From the NCBI GenBank assembly GCA_047285535.1, contig JBJBDC010000001.1:1952136-2016135 (forward strand): a stretch of DNA of 64,000 bases, in the 5' to 3' direction. Position 1 is the stretch's first letter, and the number at the start of each line of letters is the position of its first letter. The stretch is from Synechococcus sp. GTDB lineage: Bacteria; Cyanobacteriota; Cyanobacteriia; PCC-6307; Cyanobiaceae. This document shows positions 9,498 to 19,570 of the stretch, piece after piece. A program made the translations under genes and the position numbers. The notes under the pieces are model-generated. The model was not told where the DNA came from and ran no database searches. It saw only the letters and a list, made by a program, of their open reading frames with translations.

Positions 9498-12400
9498 ATG
9501 GAAAAAATCGTCGCCCCGATTTCGCGCATGATGAAAAATGCCGCGGTAGCGAACTTGCACGCGGCGTTGAAGGCCCTCGGCAGATCGCTGCCCGACATCG
9601 AGACGAAAACGAACTATTTCGGCAGCGAAACCGCAAAAAGCGTCGCTGCTCTGCAGGAGGCAGCCGGGCTCCAGCAAACGGGCGATGTGGATACCGCGAC
9701 TGCGAAGCATCTCAACAAAATACTGGCCGAAAAGGGCCTTTTCGACGATGCGCCACCCGACGGCGATGGCCGAGGTTCTGGCGGCAGCGAGCGGAACGGC
9801 AACACCGATAAGCCAGAAACGGTCCACGTCTTCGGGCGCGTGATCTCCCACAAGGAGCGCCCGGCACAGGGAGTGGTCACGATCTTCCGCGCAGCGTTCC
9901 GCACCGAGGAAAAACTGGTGGCGTTCGAAACGGACCAGAAGGGACGATACGAGGGCAAACTGATCCGCGATCCCGCCACGGGCCCGCTCAACATCTTTGC
10001 CCGAATTACGCTGAATAACGGCACGACGATCACCTCAGACCTTGTCTTCAACGCCGCGGGGAAGGTCGAACTAAACCTCAATGCCGCAGGTCGACTGATC
10101 CCGACTCAAAGCGTCTTCGAGGAGATCGAGACGAATGTCCGCATGGTCATCGGGTCTGCAGCCATCGCATCGCTGCGCGAAACCAGAACTCAGACTGATA
10201 TCACCTACCTGGCGCAGGACCGCAAGCTCGACCCCGAGATGCTGGCGCGCCGCGCGATGGCCGAACGCATCGGCAAGGCGCAGAAGATCGCCCCCGAAGT
10301 GATCTTCGCCTTCCTCGCGCAGAGCGAGCCTGCTGTTCTGCCTAGCTCCAGCCTGACCGCGACGCCGACGCAGGACGCAGCTGACGACCTCGAAAACCGG
10401 GTTTTTGCCGGGATCGTCACCCTCGACGAACCGACCCAGCGACGGATCCTGCAGAAAGCGATCGCCAAGGACCTTGTGCGCTTCGACATAGCAGAGGCCA
10501 TCGACGAGGCCATCAAGTCGCTGCGTACGCGACGGGGGCTTGTGCTGGCCAACGCACCCTTCGGGGCAGGCAAGAAGTCGATGAACGATCTGCTAAGTGC
10601 CACGAGCCTGAACCAGACCCAGCGCACAACCTTTGTGAACTACTCCATGAAGGTGCAGGCCGAAGGAGGCCTGCTCTGGGAGGCGTTGGAAATGAATGAG
10701 GCGATCCCGGCCGCCAAGCTCAGGGAGGCGCGTGCCACCTTCGCCTTCGGCGCGATGTCGAAGAATCACATCCCCTTTATCGAGTACGCCAAGGCCGCCC
10801 TGCCCGACGAGATGACCGGGGAACCCGGGCGGGTCGCCTACCTGACTTTGAAGGAATGGACCACCTTCCTCAACAGAGGAGTTGAAGCAGGCAAAGAAGT
10901 AATTCCAGACAATATCGACGGTGAGACCCAGGAGGATCGTGTTGGCGCCTTCGCGCAGATGCTGATGGAGCGTGCCGAAGATAACTATCCAGCGATGGCA
11001 ACGATTGGCCGCATCCGCGAACGCGACGACGTGAAGCTCGACGCCGCCGGAGAGCTGGTCGCAGCCGTGTCGAAGGTTCCGGACATGAATCTGCGGACGC
11101 TGAACATCAACGCAGTGCGGCTCGGGCGCGATGTGGCGCTGGGGGAGGAGACGCTGGCCAAGACGCTGCGCACCACGATCAAGATCGTCTCTGACATGTC
11201 CGACGAGTCGGTCGCTGATCTCAAGCGCGCGCAGCGGGCGGTGCGCCTTGCCCCTAACGCGACCGCGGCCGCGGCGCTGCTAGCCACAGGACAGGATTCG
11301 GCCCACCTGATCCACAAGCGAGGGCGCAGCAATTTCATCGCCGACGCGATCAAGGCGGGGATGACCGACCTGCAAGCGGGTCAGACCTTCAACCGCGCCA
11401 AGGCGAGTTATGGATATCTCGTCGCCCGCTTCCTTGAATACCGGCTCGATCTCGACAAGGCCTCGCCCGCGGCCGTGGGCGGCGCGTGGAAGAGCGACGA
11501 CCTGATCGCCGAGGTCGAAAACGACCCGTCGCTGCGGACCCTTTTCGGATCTCTCGACAGCTGCGGCTGCGAATGGTGCGAAAGCGTGCATGGCCCGGCT
11601 GCCTATCTGACCGACGTGCTGCGCTGGCTCGGCGAACGGCGGGCGAGGAGCGGCAGCGGCTTCGCAAGCGCCCGGGCGGTGCTGGAAGACCGGCGGGGGG
11701 ACATCCTCGACATCCTGCTGAACTGCCAGAACACCGACACGTTGATGCCCTACATCGACCTCGTGAACGAGGTGCTGGAAGAGGCCGTCTCGCCCACCGG
11801 CGTCGCACGGCAGACGAACTGGCGCAGCGAGGAGCTGATGGCCGAGCCCGAGCATGTCAACGATGACGCCTATGCCCTGCTCGCTGTGGCATCTCACGCG
11901 CCAGGCCTGCCCTTCGACCTGAGGGACACCGAAGCGCAGACCTATCTCGCCCATCTGCGCCTGACCCGGGCCGAGGTGATGGAGGCGCTCCGCAAGCAGA
12001 CCAACGGCCTGCCCTCAGAGCGCGACATCGCGGCGGCCTACTTCGGCATCTCCAATGCGGCGAGCGTCATCATTACGAAAGCCGACCCAGCGGCCCAGGC
12101 CACGTTCTGGGCCTACAGCGCACCCAGCGAGCTGATCCCCAACGCCTCGTGCGAGACGCTGATGGCACGGGCAGACATCTCCCACAACGATTTGGCGGAA
12201 TTACTGAACGTCGAATTCGTGAACGGCACCGCGCCGCGTTCGACATTCCAGCCGGAGTTCGAATGCGACCTGATCGACCGCCGGGTCACGCAGCTTTCGG
12301 TCGAGCGGCTCGACCGGATGAACCGCTTCATCCGCCTCTGGCGCCATCTTGGCTGGAAGATGTGGGAGCTCGACCGCGCGATCATGGCGATGGGCGGCGT

Positions 12401-15400
12401 GCTGAACGATGCGACGCTGCTCGGACTGATGCGGCTGCAGAAAATCCGCGATGCCTGGCGGCTCACCGTAGAGGAGGTGCTGGCCTTGATCGCACCTCTC
12501 GACATTCGGGTGCGCGACTGGCTGACGGGGGACGGACGGTCGCTCTACACCGACCTCTTCGAGGATCGCGCGGTACAGAACCCACCCGATCCTGACCTCT
12601 CCATCACCGCCGTGACCGCCGCGGTGCCGCCCGCGCTGATCGGCAGCAAGGCGGCGATCCTCTCGGCCAGCATCGCCATCACCGCCGACGATTTCGCTCT
12701 TCTAGTGCCGACCACCGCCGACCCCGATCTCGCCCTTCCCGTCGCGAGCGACCGTGCGTCACTGAGCGCTATTTCGCAGGTTTATCGCTTCTCGAGGCTG
12801 GGCCAGGTCCTTCGGCTGCGGGTGTCCGAGCTGCTGGACTTCGCCCGACTTGCCAGGGCGCCGCTGAATGCGGACGGGCGGGTCGATCCCTTCCAGACGG
12901 TGCAGACGCTGACCGATTTCCTGACAATGTTCAGCCGTCACTCGGCGAGCGGTCTTGCCATCGGGGAATCGCGCCACGCCACGACCTTCTGGCCCGAGTC
13001 CATCTTCGGCGCTGGGGACAGCGCGATCTCGGCCAATCTCGAAGAAATCCGCACTGCGCTTGCCGACCTTCGGGCCGAGACCATCGTGCCCGCGGAAGAG
13101 CGCGCCGCTGCGCTTGAGCGCCATTTGCCTGGGGTTGCAGACTTCAAGGATGCAGCGATCCGCGCAACCGCCATCGCGATCATCGACGACAGCTATGCCG
13201 ACACGCTCGCCAACCGGAACGCCTTCATCACCAGCCATTTCAGCGCGCTGATGCCGGTGGCCGCGGCCATCGCCGCCTTCGCGCCCTATGGCGGGCCGCC
13301 CGCCGGCGGCGATGCGGCGGTCGACGCGCGCAGGCTGATCGGGTTGCAGGCGGTCTACAACGCGCTCGGCCGCACCGCCATCACCGCCGCCGTAACAGGC
13401 CAGACCGGAGCCAGGTCGGAGGCCGAGGCGGCCGACTTCCTGTCCTGGTCCATGCAACGCAGCGGGCTCGACAGCCTCGGCGCGCTGATCCTGGCCGAGA
13501 GCGACTTCCTCACGCGCACCGCTGATGACAGCGCCTACCTCCTGACCGCCGACAGCACCGACATGCCCGATATCTTCGAGGCGGCGCAGCTCGTGGACAA
13601 GCTCGCCTTCATTAAGGAGGCGCTCGGCTGGAGCGATGCGCAGCTGATTTGGTTCGTCAGCAACGAAGGGAGCTTCGGATTACCACAGCTGACCGCGCTG
13701 CCCGTCAAGGCGGGCGACGGTCCCGCAGCCTTCGTGGAGTGGCTGACACTGCTGCGCTGGACGCAGGTCATGAACGCCTTCCCCAGCTCCGAGACCCTAT
13801 CGCTGCCAGGCATTCTCGGCCAGATCGGGAGCGCGGGTTACAACGCCACACAACTGGCCGAGGACCTCGCCGTCTGGACCCAGCGGGTACCCGAGACGAT
13901 GTCGGGTGCCATCGCCGAGCTTGCGCTTGCCTATCCCGGTGATTTCCGCACGGTCGGCGCCTACGAGCGGCTACTGACCGCGCTCGAGGTGATCAAGCTC
14001 GCCGGTGTGACCCCGGCCCAGCTCACCGCCTGGGCGCAGCCCGGCGTGACCCCTGCCGTGGCGCAGCAGATCAAGCTCGCCGCCAAGGCGCGCAATTCGC
14101 TCGATGAATGGCTGAAGAACGCGCCGCCGCTGCAGGACCGCCTGCGCGAGGCCAAGCGCGTCGCGCTCATTACCTACCTGACGACCCGACCCGCCTCAGC
14201 CGGACCGTCGTGGCGCGACGCGAACGCGCTATTCGCGCATTTCCTGATCGACCCCGAGATGACCGCCTGCCGCAAGTCCTCGCGGCTGGTGCAGGCCACG
14301 GGATCGCTGCAGCTTTTCGTGCAGCGCTGCCTGATGAACCTCGAACCCGCCGTGCTGGCCGATGGCGATGACGATGGCTGGAACGAATGGGACTGGATGT
14401 ATGCCTACCGCCTCTGGGAAGCCGCGCGGAAGGTCTTCCTCTGGCCCGAGAACGTGATCCGGCCCGAGCTCAACCGGATGAAATCCCCGGCGCTCCTGCA
14501 GCTTGAACAGAAGCTGTCGCAGATGGAGATGACCGAGGAGAACGCCGAGATCGCAATGGAGCAGTACCTCGAGACGCTTGACGGCATCGCGAATATGGAC
14601 GTCCTCGCCATGTACGAGGAAACGACTGGCCGCGACCGTCTCATTCACACGCTGGCCCGCACCAAGGGCCAGCCGCAGACCTACTACTACCGGCAGAGGG
14701 TCTTTCCCAACAACGCCGCATCCGCCTACTGGACGCCGTGGGAGAAGCTCGACATCGAGATCGGCGGCACGCCGATTTTCGGCTTCATCAACCGCAAGCT
14801 GCATCTCTTCTGGCTGTTCTTCACCAAGAGAGCGGACCCAACCCAGCGTATGCCTCCCTCGCAGGCGTCAAACCAGCCGCCGCCTGACACGATCAACATG
14901 TGGGAAATCCAGCTTTGCTGGTCAGTCCGGCGGCAAGGTCACTGGCAGCCGGCGCAGAAGGGCGAACGCAAGTGGTTCTACCCACAATTCCGACCCAAGC
15001 GCAGCTTCCACTTGCGCACCGCGGCCTATGCCGGCGACCGATTGGCGATCAACGTCTTCGTCTCAACCTCGCCGGAATTCAACGACTACGCCCCTTGGAC
15101 CTATTTGTCCACCAGTGTGGGAACAATCCAACTACAACGGGATCCGGTGCGGCATAACGAGGACACGCGACCTTTTCATGTCGCTCGCTTCGTCTTCAAG
15201 AGCAACGTGGACGAGATCCAGATGAGCCAACGCGGGCAGACCTACCCATCTGACATTTTCGGGGGCTCTTACGGGGCCGAGGCCGCCGAGATGAAAGAGC
15301 TGACAAACCCGCTCGCTGACCTAACCATGCCGACCGACATGAAATATGTCGGCCAGACGATTCAGAACCAGTCCGATAATGACTCGAACCTCCATGCCCT

Positions 15401-18400
15401 TCCGTCGGCGGGCCCGGCCCTGCGGCTTGACAGCGGCAAGCTGCTCGATGACGCGCCCGCCCCGTTCGGCATTGTCCCATCGTCGCAGCGCGCGCAGTTC
15501 GACTCAACCCGGCCCTTCTTCTACACCGATCGCGAGCGCAGCTTCTTCGTGCGGCCGACCAAGGAATGGCGCGTGGACCATTCCTTCACAACCGAGGAAC
15601 CTTCTCTGTCGGGGGTCACCGACTACAGGGTCAAATACACGTTCGACCGCAATTATCACCCGTTCACCGGCTTCTACCTCGACGAACTAGCAACCGGCGG
15701 GTTGAGTGGCTTATTCAAACGCTCGAACCAGCTTTCGCCACCCTCGTCCTTCAGCTTCGCCGAGTACGACCCCGAACAAATGGTCAAAGCCGACCATCCG
15801 AACGACATCGTCGATTTCGGATTCTCGGGGACTTATTCCCTTTACAACTGGGAATTACTGTTTCACGCTCCATTCCTGATTGCGAACCGGCTATCGGAGA
15901 ACCAGCGCTTTGACGAAGCGCTCAACTTCCTCCGCTACATCTTTAATCCGACTAATACCGGCAGCGATAACGCTCCGCAGCGGTTCTGGATCACGAAGCC
16001 TTTCTACCAAATGAGCTCCGGGGCTTATCACTCCAGCCGGATCGAACGCCTACTGGAACTCGTCAATGGCGGATCTTCAACTCATATAGCTCAAGTTGAG
16101 CAATGGCGCAACGATCCCTTCGATCCTCACATGCTCGCACGGCTCCGGCCCGTCGCCTATCAACGCGCCGTGGTGATGGCCTATATCGGCGCCCTGCTGG
16201 ACTGGGGTGAACAGGAGTTCCGGCGCTTCACCACCGAGAGCCTCAACCTCGCCACGCAATACTTCGTGCGTGCACAGGACCTGCTAGGACGGCGGCCCGA
16301 GACCGTTGTGGTCGACCGGCGCACCGAGGCGAAAAGCTTCCGCGAGGTCGAAACCGATCTTGACGCATTCGGCAACCTGCTGTCCGAGGTCGAGAACCTG
16401 CTGCCGCCTCCACCTCCAGGCGGCCCCGGCGGGTCAGAACCGCTGCCCCCGATCACCATCTTTTATTACTGCATCCCCGGAAACGACAAGCTTCTGGACT
16501 ACTGGGACCGAGTGGAGCGCAACCTCTTCAATCTGCGCCATTGCCGCGATATCGAAGGTGTCTCCAAGCCTTTACCACTTTTCGCGCCACCGATCGACCC
16601 GGCGATGCTGGTGCGAGCAGCGTCCGCAGGCATCGACCTCGCGACGCTGGCGGGCGGAACGGCCTCGGCTCTGCCGAAATACCGCTTCCGCTTTATCCTT
16701 CAGCGTGCCTACGACTTCGCCTCCCAGGTCGAGCGGTTGGGCGCGGCCCTGCTATCTGCCTTTGAACGCAAGGACGAGGTGGCGCTCGCTGAGCTGCGCG
16801 AAAGCCACGTGGCTGAAATCCACACGCTTCGCGAAGACATCGCGTCACTCCGAATCAATGAGGCCAAGGCCGAGTTGGACCGACTGAAGGAGTCCAAGAA
16901 ACTCGTCGGTCTTCGAGAAACGTTCTACAAGAAGAAGACCGAAACGCCGGTTGGTGTGTTGGAGACGATCGGCATCGGGCTGAAGGGAACGAGCTTCCTT
17001 TTGAGCAGCACCTCCTTCGGGCTGAAGCTTGCGAGCGGCGGGCTGTACTGGATACCTGACTTCCAAGGCGGTGCCTCTGGTGTGGGTGGCACCCCGCATG
17101 CAACGCTCAAAGCAGGTGGCAAGCAGGCTGGAGACAGCACCAAAACGCTCTCAGATGGCTTCAAGGAACTGGCCTACTTAGCTGACAAGGGTGCTGAACT
17201 GAGCTTCAAGATCCAGTATTTCCTCGACCGTCACAAGCAGTACGAACACCAGCTCAAGCTTGCCGAACAGGAGATTGTCGCGATCGAGAAGCAGGAGGCC
17301 AAGGCTGAGATCCTCCAACAGATCGCCGAGCAGGAGTCCGATGTTCAGAAGCAGCATTCCGAAAACGCCGAGGCAACGTTGGCTTTCTTGCGGTCGCGCT
17401 ACACCAACAAGGAGCTCTACGACTGGCTGATCGCGCAACTTTCGACGATCTATTTCCAGTCGTACCAGAGCGCATTCGCCATGGCGCTCTCTGCCGCGGC
17501 TTGCGCCGAACGCGAGGTGGGGCTGATCGGCACGAACTACATCAAGTTCGGCTACTGGGACAGCCTGCGCAAGGGCCTACTGTCGGGCGAGAAGCTGAGC
17601 CAAGACCTCAGACGGCTTGAGACGGCCTATCTCGACCGCAACCAGAGGCTCTACGAGATCCAGAAGGACGTCTCTGTGGCGCTTCTGGATGCGGAGGCCC
17701 TGCTGACCCTGCGTGCGACAGGGGCCTGCGAGATCGAAGTGCCCGAGCTGATCTTCGACTGCGACTATCCGGGCCACTACAAGCGCCGCATCAAGTCCGT
17801 CGCGATTACCATCCCAACTGTCGCAGGTCCTTACACCTCGGTCAATTGCAAACTGACGCTGCTACGCGACGAGATACGTCTGAACACAAGCCTCGCGCTG
17901 GGCTATCCGCGCACCTCGATGACCGATGACGACCGCTTCGCCGACAACTGGGCGGCGACTAATGCCATCGTGACCTCAAAGGCGATCAATGATGCTGGTC
18001 TCTTCGCGCTCGATCTCGAAGACGACCGCTATCTGCCTTTCGAGGGCGCGGGAGCCGTTGGCCGCTGGCGGATTGAGCTACCGGCCGACACCAATGCCTT
18101 CGCGCTCGATTCGGTTTCAGACGTCGTACTGCACCTCCGCTACACCGCGATGGAAGGCGGCGAGACACTTGCCGAGGCAGCACGCGCGGTCGCCTCGAAG
18201 CGCGAGGTAGCGAAAAGCGCCAGGATCATGCGCCTCGACCAGGCTTACGCCGCGGCATGGCAAAGTCTCGTCTCTGCTCCTGGCACTGGGCAGGATCAGG
18301 CAATGTCTCTCGCGTTCACCAAGGAGCTCTTGCCCTATCTCGACCGGGTCCGCGACCTGAAGGTGACGTCTATCGCCCTCTCCGCCATAGACGCAACCGG

Positions 18401-18641
18401 TGACCTGACAGCAGAGATTACGGCGCCAGGTGGGATGGTGGGAACCATCGAGATGACAACGGACAGCGACCTTGGTGGTCGCATCTCGGGCGATACAGCG
18501 GGCAGCTTCGCAGCGGGTGTGCCCCTAGGAGACTTCACGCTGAAGCTGCGCATGTCGACTGCCATGGACAACCGCTCCCTGACCGAAGCGGACCTGTCAG
18601 GTTTGTACGCCGTGGTCTTCTACGAAGCGGAACTGCCGTGA
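9498..18641 (+). CDS. TcA-like toxin-complex pore-forming subunit with N-terminal peptidoglycan-binding-like domain (3047 aa)
   Basis: GAGGA RBS; N-terminal VANLHAALKALG...FGSETAKSVAALQEAAGLQQTGDVD; VRP1/SpvA-like LFGSLDSCGCEWCESVHGPAAYL; neuraminidase-like region FLIDPEM...QLFVQRC...YRLWEAARKVFLWPEN; YNWELLFHAP; C-terminal TcB-binding domain DYPGHYKRRIKSV...YLPFEGAGAVGRWRIELP. Confidence 0.93.
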   Translation: MEKIVAPISRMMKNAAVANLHAALKALGRSLPDIETKTNYFGSETAKSVAALQEAAGLQQTGDVDTATAKHLNKILAEKGLFDDAPPDGDGRGSGGSERNGNTDKPETVHVFGRVISHKERPAQGVVTIFRAAFRTEEKLVAFETDQKGRYEGKLIRDPATGPLNIFARITLNNGTTITSDLVFNAAGKVELNLNAAGRLIPTQSVFEEIETNVRMVIGSAAIASLRETRTQTDITYLAQDRKLDPEMLARRAMAERIGKAQKIAPEVIFAFLAQSEPAVLPSSSLTATPTQDAADDLENRVFAGIVTLDEPTQRRILQKAIAKDLVRFDIAEAIDEAIKSLRTRRGLVLANAPFGAGKKSMNDLLSATSLNQTQRTTFVNYSMKVQAEGGLLWEALEMNEAIPAAKLREARATFAFGAMSKNHIPFIEYAKAALPDEMTGEPGRVAYLTLKEWTTFLNRGVEAGKEVIPDNIDGETQEDRVGAFAQMLMERAEDNYPAMATIGRIRERDDVKLDAAGELVAAVSKVPDMNLRTLNINAVRLGRDVALGEETLAKTLRTTIKIVSDMSDESVADLKRAQRAVRLAPNATAAAALLATGQDSAHLIHKRGRSNFIADAIKAGMTDLQAGQTFNRAKASYGYLVARFLEYRLDLDKASPAAVGGAWKSDDLIAEVENDPSLRTLFGSLDSCGCEWCESVHGPAAYLTDVLRWLGERRARSGSGFASARAVLEDRRGDILDILLNCQNTDTLMPYIDLVNEVLEEAVSPTGVARQTNWRSEELMAEPEHVNDDAYALLAVASHAPGLPFDLRDTEAQTYLAHLRLTRAEVMEALRKQTNGLPSERDIAAAYFGISNAASVIITKADPAAQATFWAYSAPSELIPNASCETLMARADISHNDLAELLNVEFVNGTAPRSTFQPEFECDLIDRRVTQLSVERLDRMNRFIRLWRHLGWKMWELDRAIMAMGGVLNDATLLGLMRLQKIRDAWRLTVEEVLALIAPLDIRVRDWLTGDGRSLYTDLFEDRAVQNPPDPDLSITAVTAAVPPALIGSKAAILSASIAITADDFALLVPTTADPDLALPVASDRASLSAISQVYRFSRLGQVLRLRVSELLDFARLARAPLNADGRVDPFQTVQTLTDFLTMFSRHSASGLAIGESRHATTFWPESIFGAGDSAISANLEEIRTALADLRAETIVPAEERAAALERHLPGVADFKDAAIRATAIAIIDDSYADTLANRNAFITSHFSALMPVAAAIAAFAPYGGPPAGGDAAVDARRLIGLQAVYNALGRTAITAAVTGQTGARSEAEAADFLSWSMQRSGLDSLGALILAESDFLTRTADDSAYLLTADSTDMPDIFEAAQLVDKLAFIKEALGWSDAQLIWFVSNEGSFGLPQLTALPVKAGDGPAAFVEWLTLLRWTQVMNAFPSSETLSLPGILGQIGSAGYNATQLAEDLAVWTQRVPETMSGAIAELALAYPGDFRTVGAYERLLTALEVIKLAGVTPAQLTAWAQPGVTPAVAQQIKLAAKARNSLDEWLKNAPPLQDRLREAKRVALITYLTTRPASAGPSWRDANALFAHFLIDPEMTACRKSSRLVQATGSLQLFVQRCLMNLEPAVLADGDDDGWNEWDWMYAYRLWEAARKVFLWPENVIRPELNRMKSPALLQLEQKLSQMEMTEENAEIAMEQYLETLDGIANMDVLAMYEETTGRDRLIHTLARTKGQPQTYYYRQRVFPNNAASAYWTPWEKLDIEIGGTPIFGFINRKLHLFWLFFTKRADPTQRMPPSQASNQPPPDTINMWEIQLCWSVRRQGHWQPAQKGERKWFYPQFRPKRSFHLRTAAYAGDRLAINVFVSTSPEFNDYAPWTYLSTSVGTIQLQRDPVRHNEDTRPFHVARFVFKSNVDEIQMSQRGQTYPSDIFGGSYGAEAAEMKELTNPLADLTMPTDMKYVGQTIQNQSDNDSNLHALPSAGPALRLDSGKLLDDAPAPFGIVPSSQRAQFDSTRPFFYTDRERSFFVRPTKEWRVDHSFTTEEPSLSGVTDYRVKYTFDRNYHPFTGFYLDELATGGLSGLFKRSNQLSPPSSFSFAEYDPEQMVKADHPNDIVDFGFSGTYSLYNWELLFHAPFLIANRLSENQRFDEALNFLRYIFNPTNTGSDNAPQRFWITKPFYQMSSGAYHSSRIERLLELVNGGSSTHIAQVEQWRNDPFDPHMLARLRPVAYQRAVVMAYIGALLDWGEQEFRRFTTESLNLATQYFVRAQDLLGRRPETVVVDRRTEAKSFREVETDLDAFGNLLSEVENLLPPPPPGGPGGSEPLPPITIFYYCIPGNDKLLDYWDRVERNLFNLRHCRDIEGVSKPLPLFAPPIDPAMLVRAASAGIDLATLAGGTASALPKYRFRFILQRAYDFASQVERLGAALLSAFERKDEVALAELRESHVAEIHTLREDIASLRINEAKAELDRLKESKKLVGLRETFYKKKTETPVGVLETIGIGLKGTSFLLSSTSFGLKLASGGLYWIPDFQGGASGVGGTPHATLKAGGKQAGDSTKTLSDGFKELAYLADKGAELSFKIQYFLDRHKQYEHQLKLAEQEIVAIEKQEAKAEILQQIAEQESDVQKQHSENAEATLAFLRSRYTNKELYDWLIAQLSTIYFQSYQSAFAMALSAAACAEREVGLIGTNYIKFGYWDSLRKGLLSGEKLSQDLRRLETAYLDRNQRLYEIQKDVSVALLDAEALLTLRATGACEIEVPELIFDCDYPGHYKRRIKSVAITIPTVAGPYTSVNCKLTLLRDEIRLNTSLALGYPRTSMTDDDRFADNWAATNAIVTSKAINDAGLFALDLEDDRYLPFEGAGAVGRWRIELPADTNAFALDSVSDVVLHLRYTAMEGGETLAEAARAVASKREVAKSARIMRLDQAYAAAWQSLVSAPGTGQDQAMSLAFTKELLPYLDRVRDLKVTSIALSAIDATGDLTAEITAPGGMVGTIEMTTDSDLGGRISGDTAGSFAAGVPLGDFTLKLRMSTAMDNRSLTEADLSGLYAVVFYEAELP

Positions 18642-19072
18642 TGGAACAGCCTCTGCAAACCTCCAGCGGCTCTGTCGATGCAGTGGAAGAAGTCGCGAGC
18701 AGGCTGGAGCCAGAGCGAGCGATTGCCCTGAAACGCGCGGTCAGCGTCCTGAAGGAATTTTACGATCCTCCAGCGATCTTCCTCTTTGGCTCATCAGCCA
18801 AAAACAAGGCCAGCACATTGAGCGATCTGGACCTTTTAATCCGCATGCAGAGCCGAGAAAGACGTAGCGCACGCGGCACCGAATTCAAAGAGGTGTTCCT
18901 TAGCAGCTATCCGCGGGTCGACCTCGTCGTCTTCAACGATGACGAGGTACGCCATCATCTCGCCAACCCGTATTCCTTCCTATCGAGTGTGATGGCTAGC
19001 GCACGGCCACTTTTTCTGAAATCGCCACATGACGAGCCGCTCCTGCAGGGTGCACGGGGACTGAACTATTAA
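18638..19072 (+). CDS. Minimal nucleotidyltransferase (MNT, Pol-beta superfamily)
   Basis: FLFGS-x10-DLD motif plus third Asp (RVDLVV); GTGA overlap with tcA stop. Confidence 0.85.
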   Translation: MMEQPLQTSSGSVDAVEEVASRLEPERAIALKRAVSVLKEFYDPPAIFLFGSSAKNKASTLSDLDLLIRMQSRERRSARGTEFKEVFLSSYPRVDLVVFNDDEVRHHLANPYSFLSSVMASARPLFLKSPHDEPLLQGARGLNY

Positions 19073-19148
19073 GGCGAGACCCGACGCGGTCTAGCCGGCT
19101 GAGCCTTCGCCATTGACCATGGTCCGATTCATATTGGCCACTTCATCG

Positions 19149-19262
19149 GAATTGCCCACCAACTTGCGTACATTCGATGATTCCACCATCACCGATGTGG
19201 TGTTTTGCGTCAGCTACACGCCAAGAGATGGCGGAAGCAGTTTCCGATCTCCGGTGCAAGCA
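19149..19262 (+). pseudogene. Relic of a second TcA C-terminal (TcB-binding) domain
   Basis: ELPTNLRTFDDSTITDVVFCVSYTPRDGG aligns by eye with ELPADTNAFALDSVSDVVLHLRYTAMEGG of the intact tcA (~18075-18160). Confidence 0.7.
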
Positions 19263-19304
19263 ATCGTCGCTCTAGACCACCTCAGATGTTGGCCTTACCC
19301 ATAG

Positions 19305-19570
19305 CGGCCGAAAGCAAAGAAAAGGAATTGATTTCTGATTTTGCAAATCAGCTGGAAGCTTATGAATTTGGATTCATTCTGGCCTTAACAGAATATTTTG
19401 AAAATGCAGAATCTATTGATCTTGTAGCGAAATCAGGCTCCAAAGACGGAGATAAAGAGGCGGTTTTAAATACTCTCAACAGATATTGAGCAGGCCTCAC
19501 TCTATACAAAGACAAAATAGATTCAGTGCTGTCTCTCATCAAAGAGCAATCGATACAATCCTGGTACTGA
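19305..19570 (+). pseudogene. AT-rich gene fragment of unknown family with in-frame stop
   Basis: AAESKEKELISDFANQLEAYEFGF...LNRY*(TGA 19487)AGLTLYKDKIDSVLSLIKEQ; no start codon; much lower GC than flanks. Confidence 0.45.
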
